DNA from: Planctomycetales bacterium
GTDB lineage: Bacteria; Planctomycetota; Phycisphaerae; SM23-33
DNA length: 40,966 bases
NCBI GenBank assembly: GCA_030642005.1
Contig: DAOWOP010000002.1
Location: forward strand, 1-40,966
Reading direction: 5' to 3'
Under the pieces are notes generated by a model. The model ran no database searches. It saw only the letters and a list, made by a program, of their open reading frames with translations, and was not told the origin of the DNA. Shown here in pieces: positions 24,242 through 32,204 of the stretch. Each line of letters starts with the position of its first letter. The first letter of the stretch is position 1. The position numbers and the translations under genes were made by a program.

Positions 24242-24359
24242 TGAACCTTTTGGCAACAGCCAGGACATCTCGGCCCGCCAAGGCCGCGAGGATCGTCCCG
24301 GATGCCGCTGACGCCGCCGGGGCGCCGGCGGCCGGTTCGCCTGGCCTGTGCCGAGGGCG

Positions 24360-24533
24360 CTACGCACCGGCCGAGATGGCGTTGACGGGGCACTCGGACT
24401 CGCACACGCCACAGTCTGTGCATTTCTCGGGGTCGATGATGAATTTGTCGTCGCCCTCGGTGATTGCATCGACGGGGCAGACCGGCACACAAGCGCCGCA
24501 CTTCGTACATTCGTCGGAGATTGTGTATGCCAT
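24360..24533 (-). CDS. 2x[4Fe-4S] ferredoxin (57 aa)
   Basis: MAYTISDECTKCGACVPVCPVDAI...CTDCGVCESECPVNAI: two CxxCxxCxxxCP motifs. Internal ATG 24533 with AAGGAG upstream. Confidence 0.85.
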   Translation of the reverse strand: MAYTISDECTKCGACVPVCPVDAITEGDDKFIIDPEKCTDCGVCESECPVNAISAGA

Positions 24534-24650
24534 TTCATTGCTCCTTATCTTGTACAAACATGGCTTGCATTACGCTGGCGACCACTCTATTTATTATTGG
24601 CAGACAAACCTATTGATGTCCACGCAATAACGCGGCCAGGGCAAAAAGGT

Positions 24651-25223
24651 ATGAAGACCAAATATAAACAACGGCGTCGCGACGTCGCTCAATCGCGGGC
24701 CGACGACGCTCCGGTGGGCAAGGATCACAAGGACGCAGCACAAAAGGACGCTATCACCCATGAGGCATGGAAGGTCTTTGAGGCCTACCTCAAGAACAAC
24801 GGCGACCGTCTCACCGAGGCCAGGCGGATTATCCTTCGGCAGGTATTCGAGCGGCACGATCATTTTCGAGCGGACGAGTTGGCGGCGGACCTTGTCGGGG
24901 GCGTCAACCGCGTCAGCCGGGGTACGGTGTACCGAACACTGGCGTTGATGGTTCAAGCCGGACTGGTCCGGGAATTGCGAGATTCGGACGTTCACGTTCA
25001 CTACGAGCACGTCTTCGGCCACGAACATCACGAACACCTCATCTGCAACGAATGTGGGCGGTTCGTCGAGTTTCAGGATCAGGATGTCGAGGTTCGTTTG
25101 ATGGACGTCTGCCGCAAAAAGGGATTCCGCCCAACCAGTCACAGGGTCGTCGTATTCGGAACGTGTATGGAATGTCAGGCAAAGGCAAAGCCTACTACTG
25201 TTATTATGAAAAAAACCTCGTAA
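24651..25223 (+). CDS. fur: Fur family transcriptional regulator
   Basis: Internal ATG 24651 of ORF 24348..25223. LTEARRIILRQVF...FRADELAADL...VSRGTVYRTLALMVQAGLVREL, an HEHHEH metal site, and CNECG...CMEC structural zinc cysteines. Confidence 0.85.
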   Translation: MKTKYKQRRRDVAQSRADDAPVGKDHKDAAQKDAITHEAWKVFEAYLKNNGDRLTEARRIILRQVFERHDHFRADELAADLVGGVNRVSRGTVYRTLALMVQAGLVRELRDSDVHVHYEHVFGHEHHEHLICNECGRFVEFQDQDVEVRLMDVCRKKGFRPTSHRVVVFGTCMECQAKAKPTTVIMKKTS

Positions 25224-25332
25224 GATTATATTAGGGATATGGCGGAACGACGGTGTAGGCTAATCAGGTGAATGGATCGCGGTGTAATTTCCGAGGCGGA
25301 TGTTCGAACCGGCGTGATGCGCCCGATTTCCG

Positions 25333-26205
25333 GTGTACAGATTGGAAACCTGCACAAGCACAAGCGTCCTGGCGGCGGGTTTGGGTATATCGTGGTTCTA
25401 TGACATAAACCCGGTAGTCCAGGCATTGATTGCGACGTTCGGTACGTGGCTTGTTACCGCGCTGGGTGCCGCGGTGGTGCTTTTGACGAAGAAGGTTTCA
25501 CAGAAGTATCTGGACGCTTCACTGGGCATGGCCGCCGGTGTGATGATCGCCGCGAGTTTCTGGAGCCTCCTTGCCCCCTCGATCGACCTGGCTGAAAAAT
25601 CGTACGGCGAGGCGCTGAAATGGATGCCGCCGCTGGTGGGGTTTCTACTTGGTGCGGTGGTGCTGCGAATAATCGACAGGATACTGCCCCACCTGCATCC
25701 CGACCTGGCAATAGCCGAGGGACCCAAAACCTCCCTGCATCGCAGCACGCTGCTGGTGCTGGCGATCACGATACACAACTTTCCCGAAGGCCTGGCTATC
25801 GGCGTGGCGTTCGGGGCAGCCGCTCATTTGTCCGGCGCTGAACAGGCAGCCCAGATAGGCTCGGCCATCGCCTTGGCCATCGGCATCGGTCTTCAGAATT
25901 TTCCCGAAGGCACGGCCGTGGCGCTGCCTTTGCGCCGTGAAGGAATGAGCCGGGCCAAGGCGCTGTGGTATGGGCAACTCTCGGCAGTGGTCGAGCCGAT
26001 TGGCGCTATCCTTGGGGCCGGTGCCGTGCTGATGATCAGTTCGATCCTGCCTTACGCACTGGCCTTCGCCGCTGGAGCGATGATCTTCGTCGTAGTCGAA
26101 GAACTCATCCCCGAGGCACAGCGAAAAGGTAACGTGGACCTGGCTACGATGGGCGCGATTGTCGGTTTTGCGATTATGATGACGTTGGATGTAGCCTTGG
26201 GATAA
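25333..26205 (+). CDS. ZIP family metal cation transporter
   Basis: [14 protein letters not shown] and [15 protein letters not shown] signatures with about 8 TM helices. Start uncertain: GTG 25333, or in-frame TTG 25381 giving [17 protein letters not shown]. Confidence 0.85.
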   Translation: MYRLETCTSTSVLAAGLGISWFYDINPVVQALIATFGTWLVTALGAAVVLLTKKVSQKYLDASLGMAAGVMIAASFWSLLAPSIDLAEKSYGEALKWMPPLVGFLLGAVVLRIIDRILPHLHPDLAIAEGPKTSLHRSTLLVLAITIHNFPEGLAIGVAFGAAAHLSGAEQAAQIGSAIALAIGIGLQNFPEGTAVALPLRREGMSRAKALWYGQLSAVVEPIGAILGAGAVLMISSILPYALAFAAGAMIFVVVEELIPEAQRKGNVDLATMGAIVGFAIMMTLDVALG

Positions 26206-26215
26206 TCGCAGACTA

Positions 26216-27088
26216 CTACTCTTCCTGTTTCAGCCTGCGTGCGAGAAGTTCGTCGCGGCGTTTCTTAGCGGCGGTGAGGTAGCGCTCGATACCGGCTGCG
26301 TCGCCGAGGTCGATCAGGTCGCGGATGCGCATAAGTTGCTCGTCGGCTGCGTCAATGGCCGCCAGCAGCGGCTTGCGGTTGGTCAGGATAATGTCCCGCC
26401 ACATGGCCGGATCGCCCGAGGCGATCCGCGTGGTGTCGAGGAAGCCGCGACCGGCCAGGGGCAGGTCTGCGTTTTTCTGGCCTGTGACGATCATGGCCGC
26501 CAGGACGTGCGGCAGGTGCGAGATGCGCGCGACGGCGCGGTCATGGGCAGTCGGAGTCATGCGAACGGTTCGGCTGCCGAGCATCTCCCAGAACCGCAAC
26601 ACCTTGCGCAGCGCCGCAGGGCGGGTGTGCTTTGTCGGCGTAACGATACAAGTCGCGCCGGCGAACAGGTCGGCCCTGGCGAACTGCACGCCGCGGCGCT
26701 CGGACCCGGCCATCGGGTGGCTGCCGATGAAAGGCCCGCCTTGACCAAGGACAGCCTCGGCCAGGCGGACGACGACAGCCTTGGTCGAGCCGACGTCTGT
26801 AACGACCGCACGGGCCGAAATCGAATCCCGCATCGCCAGCAGGTGATCTTCGCAAGCGCCCAGCGGCGTAGCCAACACAACCAGGTCCGCACCGGTAACA
26901 CCCTCTTCCGTCGAAAGCGTAGCGGTGTCAATCGCACCGGCAGCCAGAGCGCGGGCGAGGGACGATCTCCGTCGCCCGACACCCGCCACAGCGATACTTT
27001 CATCAGCGGCCTTGAGGGCAAGACCAATCGACCCGCCCAGAAGACCAACCCCGACGACCGTTACCTTTTCAAGAACCGGCTTCTTCAT
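26216..27088 (-). CDS. tyrA: prephenate dehydrogenase
   Basis: Internal ATG 27088 (MKKPVLEKVTVVGVGLLGGSIGLALK Rossmann motif), GSHPMAGSE, and HDRAVARISHLPHVLA. Confidence 0.85.
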   Translation of the reverse strand: MKKPVLEKVTVVGVGLLGGSIGLALKAADESIAVAGVGRRRSSLARALAAGAIDTATLSTEEGVTGADLVVLATPLGACEDHLLAMRDSISARAVVTDVGSTKAVVVRLAEAVLGQGGPFIGSHPMAGSERRGVQFARADLFAGATCIVTPTKHTRPAALRKVLRFWEMLGSRTVRMTPTAHDRAVARISHLPHVLAAMIVTGQKNADLPLAGRGFLDTTRIASGDPAMWRDIILTNRKPLLAAIDAADEQLMRIRDLIDLGDAAGIERYLTAAKKRRDELLARRLKQEE

Positions 27089-27108
27089 AAGTCCACCAAA
27101 GAAGATTA

Positions 27109-27191
27109 ACCACAAAGGACACAAAGAGCACAAAGTAAAAAACGAAATTTTTAATTCTTTTGTTCTTTGTGCTCTTTGTGTCCTTTGTGGT
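27109..27191. repeat. family-3 perfect hairpin element (CACAAAGGA CACAAAGAG CACAAAG units)
   Basis: The 27-nt arm ACCACAAAGGACACAAAGAGCACAAAG (27109-27135) has its exact reverse complement at 27165-27191. The loop is 29 nt and AT-rich. The element lies 20 nt upstream of the tyrA start. Confidence 0.9.
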
Positions 27192-27343
27192 CAATTTTGA
27201 CGGGTCAATTTTTTCTTGCCCGTTTTGCCAAATGAGCCTATCCTGTTGTCATTGTAAGAAAACGTTGAAAGGGCGCCGGTAAGCGTCCTTGTTTGGTGTT
27301 AATCTTTGTCTGAAAACTATTTCAAACCGGCAATTAGTAAAAA

Positions 27344-27420
27344 GCGGTCAGCGGTCAGCAATCAGCATTGCAGGTCCTTTGTTTATTGGGTTTTTGGCTG
27401 AATGCTGAATGCTGAATGCT
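27344..27420. repeat. family-4 heptamer-repeat imperfect hairpin (GCGGTCA GCGGTCA GCAATCA GCATT ... TGAATGC x3)
   Basis: Heptamer tandems at 27344-27369 and 27399-27419 in inverted orientation. Pairing is imperfect: about 5 Watson-Crick pairs plus 1 G-U per unit. Confidence 0.75.
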
Positions 27421-27513
27421 TTGAGGCGATGTCTGAACTTTTCAGACAGAGCTTAGGTAAGATATGTTCATCCAGGCCTGATGTTTATACGAGGCCGCTA
27501 TTGAGATTGAGCC

Positions 27514-28539
27514 ATGCCGCCCGGTCCGAACGGTTCGCAAAACGGCGATAGCGAGTATCTGCTCGACTTCGAGAAGCCCCTGGCTGCCAACCGGCGTCAT
27601 ATCGCCGAGTTGGAGGCAGACCAGGCCGCCGCCGGTCGAGACCACAGCAGCGAGATTCGCCGCCTCCGCGCCCGGTACCTGACGCAACTGAAGACGACCT
27701 ACAGCAACCTGTCGGCCTGGCAGACCGTCCAGGTCGCCCGCCATCCCCACAGGCCCCTGGCAGGCGATTACCTCGACCGCATCGTAAAGGAATTCGTCGA
27801 ACTGCACGGCGACCGCACATTCGGCGACGATCACGCCATCCGCTGCGGACTGGGGCGGATTGCCGCTGAAAAAGTCGTCATCATCGCCCAACACAAGGGC
27901 CGGGACACCAACGAAAAAATCAAATGCAACTTCGGCTGCGCGCACCCGGAAGGCTACCGCAAAGCCCTTCGCGTGATGAAACTGGCCGAGAAATTCGCCC
28001 TGCCGATTGTTACCCTGATTGATACGCCGGGCGCATATCCGGGCGTCGATAGCGAGGAGCGCGGCGTAGCCGAAGCGATCGCGGTCAACCTTCGCGAAAT
28101 GAGCCGCCTGCGAACACCGATAGCCTGCCTGGTAATCGGCGAGGGCGGATCGGGCGGGGCGCTGGGCATCGGCGTCGGCGACCGAATGGCAATGCTCCAA
28201 CACGCCTATTACAGCGTCATCAGCCCGGAAGGCTGCGCCGCTATCCTGTGGAAGACCGGCGAAAAGGCCGCCGACGCCGCCGAAGCAATGAAACTCACAT
28301 CCAGGCACCTCATGGACATGGACATCATCGACGAGGTTGTCGGCGAGCCGCTCGGCGGGGCGCACCGCGACCCAGCCGAAGCCGCCGCTAACGTTGAACG
28401 ATACTTCGTCCGAAGCCTCCGCGACCTCCGCAGATTCAACATCGACGACCTGCTCCAACGCCGATACGACCGCTGGCGAAAAATGGGAAAAGTCATCAAA
28501 CTCCAACCAGCAACGCCCCAACCAGCGGTAAAAGATTAG
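27514..28539 (+). CDS. accA: acetyl-CoA carboxylase carboxyltransferase subunit alpha
   Basis: LDFEKPL...ELE..., IAQHKGRDTNEKIKCNFG, PIVTLIDTPGAYPG and GEGGSGGALGIGVGD are classic AccA motifs. Confidence 0.92.
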   Translation: MPPGPNGSQNGDSEYLLDFEKPLAANRRHIAELEADQAAAGRDHSSEIRRLRARYLTQLKTTYSNLSAWQTVQVARHPHRPLAGDYLDRIVKEFVELHGDRTFGDDHAIRCGLGRIAAEKVVIIAQHKGRDTNEKIKCNFGCAHPEGYRKALRVMKLAEKFALPIVTLIDTPGAYPGVDSEERGVAEAIAVNLREMSRLRTPIACLVIGEGGSGGALGIGVGDRMAMLQHAYYSVISPEGCAAILWKTGEKAADAAEAMKLTSRHLMDMDIIDEVVGEPLGGAHRDPAEAAANVERYFVRSLRDLRRFNIDDLLQRRYDRWRKMGKVIKLQPATPQPAVKD

Positions 28540-28565
28540 CAAGGATGCAGGGGATACAGGGGATT
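28536..28565. repeat. family-1 element, copy C left arm (overlaps the accA stop codon)
   Basis: TTAGCAAGGATGCAGGGGATACAGGGGATT. Its TAG at 28537-28539 is the accA stop codon. Confidence 0.85.
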
Positions 28566-28794
28566 CTCATAAAAAAAGCGAAGATCAGCGCAGACAGACA
28601 CAGATTACAAGCCGCCGTCTTGCTTTTTCATGTCTTGCGCCTCATCGGTAAATTGCCATGAAGAGGCCGGAGGTATATCCGGAAAACTTTCAAAGGTGAA
28701 TAGCGTCCGCCTTGTGTCCGTCTCCCCGTGGGGACCAACGTCCCAGTGGACTGACAGATTCCTAACTCCGACTTTTTCAAACACGACACGGTAA

Positions 28795-29253
28795 TTATTT
28801 ATATTTCCCTGGAGGAACCTGACCCTGTATCGACACAGGGAAATGCGTCCTTGGCCGTAGTGTTGGCGAAAAACTTTGGCCCAGCGCCCAAGTCCTTACG
28901 TTTGCGCATTCAATTTCGGGGCTATTGTACGCTTGTTCGAAGCGTCCCTCCGCTATGTCGTCCAAGAATCTCTGAAGTTGGCGATCCTCTTCAAACAGGA
29001 GTGGCGACAGCACAGTTGCAGGACATCCGGTCGTAGTAGCCGACAGACAAACCAGCCAGAGAAGCAAACCACCCCACGCGGCCCCGCGTCCGACCATCCG
29101 ACCTCCCCGCGTTTGCCACAGACCAAGAACGACGAAAACAATACCAAGCATCCCCAGCGGGAGAAAAAACAGCAGCCCAAGCGGTACCGACATGATAACC
29201 GCCCAACTGTATCGCTTCCTGTCCTGACCGGTTATTTCCTTAGTATCAGACAT
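28795..29253 (-). CDS. hypothetical membrane protein, possibly the 5' part of a frameshifted gene
   Basis: 152-aa ORF with two TM helices at the N-terminus. A second minus-strand frame stays open for about 97 codons, from just inside its 3' end down to a TAA at 28605. The local sequence is visibly less GC-rich than the flanks. Confidence 0.45.
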   Translation of the reverse strand: MSDTKEITGQDRKRYSWAVIMSVPLGLLFFLPLGMLGIVFVVLGLWQTRGGRMVGRGAAWGGLLLWLVCLSATTTGCPATVLSPLLFEEDRQLQRFLDDIAEGRFEQAYNSPEIECANVRTWALGQSFSPTLRPRTHFPVSIQGQVPPGKYK

Positions 29254-29285
29254 CCACTTCTGCCGCGTTCACTTCAATTTAAAAA

Positions 29286-29315
29286 AATCCCCTGCATCCC
29301 ATGTATCCCTGCTAA
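29286..29315. repeat. family-1 element, copy C right arm (overlaps the trpA stop codon)
   Basis: AATCCCCTGCATCCCATGTATCCCTGCTAA is the reverse complement of TTAGCAGGGATACATGGGATGCAGGGGATT. The CTA at 29312-29314 is the trpA TAG stop on the minus strand. Confidence 0.85.
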
Positions 29316-30130
29316 AGAATCGGTATCAGCAGTTCGCTGATGAAATCTCCGACTTTTTTTACCAGTTCGTTACGCGGGGCGTCTTTTGCGTCGGTGATGC
29401 GGTGGATGATGGCGGAGCCGACGATAGCGCCGTCGGCGACCTCGCAGACGTGTCCGACGGTTTCGGCGTTGGAGACGCCGAAGCCGATGCAGACGGGCGT
29501 ATCGGTGTGCGTGCGGAGTTCGGCGACGGCCCGGATGGACTCCTCCGGCAGGCGGGCACGCTCGCCCGTGATGCCGGCGATGGAGACGAAATAGATGAAC
29601 CCGCGCGAGTGGCGGGCGATTTCGAGCCGACGGGCCGGCGGCGTCGTCGGGGCGATCAGCATCACGTTGGCCAGGCCCGCCGCCGCAGCCAGCGGTTCCA
29701 ATTCAGCGGCTTCCTCCAGCGGCAGGTCGGGAATGATAATCCCATCGAAGCCGGCGCCGGCAGCGGCGGCCAGATATGACTCCACGCCGTGCTTGAAAAC
29801 GATGGAATAACTGACCATCGCCACAAGGGCCAGTTTTCCGTCGCCCTGACGGTATGACCGGACCATTTCGAAGATTTTTTCGCTGCTGACACCGGCGGAA
29901 AGGGCCTCGGTATATGAGGCCTGGATCGTCGGACCATCGGCAATCGGGTCGGAAAACGGAATCCCCAATTCACAGACCCGCACCCCGCGCGCCTCGAAAT
30001 TTCCCAGCAGCGCCGCGGTCGTCTCCAGGTCCGGATAACCAGCCGTCAGAAAAGGCATAAGCGCCTTCCTGCTCGCGGCACGAAGTTCCGAAAACGTCTT
30101 AACCAAACGATTGTAACGTAAATTACTCAT
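29312..30130 (-). CDS. trpA: tryptophan synthase alpha chain
   Basis: LMPFLTAGYPD, ELGIPFSDPIADGPTIQ, and YFVSIAGITGER...GFGVS. Confidence 0.92.
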   Translation of the reverse strand: MSNLRYNRLVKTFSELRAASRKALMPFLTAGYPDLETTAALLGNFEARGVRVCELGIPFSDPIADGPTIQASYTEALSAGVSSEKIFEMVRSYRQGDGKLALVAMVSYSIVFKHGVESYLAAAAGAGFDGIIIPDLPLEEAAELEPLAAAAGLANVMLIAPTTPPARRLEIARHSRGFIYFVSIAGITGERARLPEESIRAVAELRTHTDTPVCIGFGVSNAETVGHVCEVADGAIVGSAIIHRITDAKDAPRNELVKKVGDFISELLIPIL

Positions 30131-30141
30131 CTGTTTCTTTA

Positions 30142-30168
30142 TAATCTGTGAAATCCGTGTAATCCGTG
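30142..30168. repeat. 3 x 9-nt tandem repeat in the trpB-trpA gap (TAATCTGTG AAATCCGTG TAATCCGTG)
   Basis: Read directly; no inverted partner nearby. Confidence 0.75.
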
Positions 30169-30170
30169 GA

Positions 30171-31361
30171 CTATTTCTTCCGTCGTTTGAGTATCTCCGC
30201 TATCTCGTTACAGTCTTTATCACCTCGGCCGGAGAGATTGACGAGGATGATTTGTTCCGGCTTCATTTTCGGGGCGATTTTCATGGCTTCGGCGACGGCG
30301 TGGGCGGACTCCAGAGCAGGGATGATCCCTTCGGCCCGCGAGAGCGCCACGACGGCGTCGAGGGCCTCATCATCGCTGCACGTGGTGTACCTCACCCTGC
30401 CGGTGTCTTTCCAGTATGCGTGTTCAGGCCCGACGCCGGGGTAATCCAGCCCGGCAGAGACGCTGTGAACCGGCGCGGTCTGCCCGTCGGAATCCTGGAG
30501 AACGTAACTCCTTGCCCCGTGCAGCACACCGGGCTGCCCTGCCACCAGCGATGCGGCGTGGTCGCCCAGGCCCATGCTGCGCCCGCCGGCCTCAACGCCG
30601 ACCATCTCGACAGCCTCGTCGATCATCGGCGCGAAGATGCCCGCGGCATTGGACCCGCCGCCGATGCAGGCGACGATTACGTCCGGCAGCCGGCCTTCGG
30701 CGTCCATCATCTGCTCGCGCGACTCCCGCCCGATGCAGCATTGAAACTCGCGAACCATTTCCGGAAACGGCGCAGGCCCGACGACCGAGCCGAGGATGTA
30801 ATGCGTATGCTCGACCGAGCCCATCCAGTCTCGCATGGCCTCGTTGCAGGCGTCCTTGAGCGTCCGCTGGCCGGTGGTTACGGGGATGACGCGTGCGCCC
30901 AGAAGTTCCATACGGAATACGTTCAGTGCCTGTCGGCGGATGTCCTCAGTGCCCATATAGACTTCGCAGTCCAGCCCGAAGACCGCCGCTGCCGTCGCCG
31001 TCGCCACGCCGTGCTGGCCTGCGCCGGTCTCGGCGATGACCCGCTTCTTGCCCATCCGAAGCGTCAGCAGCGCCTGACCGAGGGTGTTGTTGATCTTGTG
31101 TGCGCCGGTATGGTTCATATCCTCGCGCTTGAGGTAGATTTTCGCCCCGCAGGCCTGCTCGGTCAGGCGGCGCGCGAAGTACATCTCGCTTGGCCTGCCT
31201 GCGATTTCACGCAGGCAGCGGTCGAACTCGGCCAGGAACGATTCATCAGCCATTGCAGCGTGGTATTCGTGATCCAACTGCGCCAGTGCAGCCATCAGCG
31301 TCTCCGGCACGAACTGCCCGCCGTAGGGGCCGAAGTAACCGACTTTTTCGTTTTCAGACAT
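30171..31361 (-). CDS. trpB: tryptophan synthase beta chain
   Basis: [14 protein letters not shown], the [12 protein letters not shown]-lysine motif, and [11 protein letters not shown] 31361 (MSENEK...); GTG 31370 is an alternative. Confidence 0.95.
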   Translation of the reverse strand: MSENEKVGYFGPYGGQFVPETLMAALAQLDHEYHAAMADESFLAEFDRCLREIAGRPSEMYFARRLTEQACGAKIYLKREDMNHTGAHKINNTLGQALLTLRMGKKRVIAETGAGQHGVATATAAAVFGLDCEVYMGTEDIRRQALNVFRMELLGARVIPVTTGQRTLKDACNEAMRDWMGSVEHTHYILGSVVGPAPFPEMVREFQCCIGRESREQMMDAEGRLPDVIVACIGGGSNAAGIFAPMIDEAVEMVGVEAGGRSMGLGDHAASLVAGQPGVLHGARSYVLQDSDGQTAPVHSVSAGLDYPGVGPEHAYWKDTGRVRYTTCSDDEALDAVVALSRAEGIIPALESAHAVAEAMKIAPKMKPEQIILVNLSGRGDKDCNEIAEILKRRKK

Positions 31362-31375
31362 AATTCTCACTGTGC

Positions 31376-32146
31376 CTATTTCAGCCCCATCCCGCGCAGG
31401 TTGTCCAGCGAGATTTTCAGCGACTCGAACGGGTCGCGCCCGTAGCAGTCATCCTGCTCGACGCAGTACCATTTGACTCCGGCGTCCTTTGCCGCTGCGA
31501 GGATGGCCAGCCAGTTGAGGTTGCCTTCGCCGATCTCGGCGAATCGCTGCTGGTTGTCGGAGCCTATGATCATATCCTTGACGTGCAGCAGCGGCAGCCT
31601 GCCGGCGTATTTGCGTATCCACTCGGCAGGGTCGCCCCCGCCGGCCTGAACCCAATATGTATCAATCTCGACCTTGACGTACTGAGGGTTGGTGTTCTCG
31701 TAGAGGATTTCCAGCCAGGTCTTTCCGTCGGCTTTGGCGAACTCGAAATTATGGTTGTGATAGGCAAGGACGATACCGGCATCGGCAAGCGCTTTGCCGA
31801 TCTCATCCATTTGGGCGGAAAAGGCCAGGATGCCGTCGGGATTATGGAACTCTTCGGGCATATAGGCAACGGCGGTATGCCCGCAGCCCCAAAGATGGTG
31901 TTCTTCAATGAACCCATCGAGTTCTTCTTCCAGTCGCTGGAGCGAAGTATGCGAGGAGGCGCAGATAAGGCCTTCGCCTTCGAGCATTTTTGCAATTTCG
32001 GACGGGGCACACGGGCCGAAGCCCGAAATCTGGACCGCCTCGTAACCGATGGCCTTGACCTTCGCCAGCGTCTTGGCGATGTCGGCAGGGGTCTTGAGGA
32101 ACTCCCGAAGCGTGTACATCTGTGCGGCGATACAGGAACTGCTCAT
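31376..32146 (-). CDS. sugar phosphate isomerase/epimerase family protein (xylose isomerase-like TIM barrel)
   Basis: 256 aa with the family pattern (QMYTLREFL...[10 protein letters not shown]...AYHNHNFEF...VEIDTYWV...LHVKD). Confidence 0.8.
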   Translation of the reverse strand: MSSSCIAAQMYTLREFLKTPADIAKTLAKVKAIGYEAVQISGFGPCAPSEIAKMLEGEGLICASSHTSLQRLEEELDGFIEEHHLWGCGHTAVAYMPEEFHNPDGILAFSAQMDEIGKALADAGIVLAYHNHNFEFAKADGKTWLEILYENTNPQYVKVEIDTYWVQAGGGDPAEWIRKYAGRLPLLHVKDMIIGSDNQQRFAEIGEGNLNWLAILAAAKDAGVKWYCVEQDDCYGRDPFESLKISLDNLRGMGLK

Positions 32147-32204
32147 AGTGATTGTTTCCTTCTTTGTTGTAGGTGTTTTAATGGTTTTATTTTCAGGCCG
32201 GCGA

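Noticed and set aside
24242-24359. A very GC-rich 118-nt gap between DUF2023 and the ferredoxin, considered as a possible extra small gene or terminator.
   Set aside because: I could define no ORF with start support and no clear stem-loop with a T-tract.
24551-24556. TGTACA in the ferredoxin/fur divergent region as a third copy of the P1/P2 -10 element.
   Set aside because: A palindromic hexamer alone is expected several times by chance. The rest of the P1/P2 architecture (CTTGAC, 16-nt spacer, AACTTTC at +13) is absent here.
27442-28542. A 366-aa minus-strand ORF opposite accA. Similar shadow ORFs: 13695..14558 (opposite feoB), 22020..22973 (opposite the CbiX-like gene), 30252..31445 (opposite trpB) and 39992..40951 (opposite the permease).
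   Set aside because: In each case the opposite strand encodes an unmistakable conserved protein. The shadow translations have no motifs and show a biased composition.
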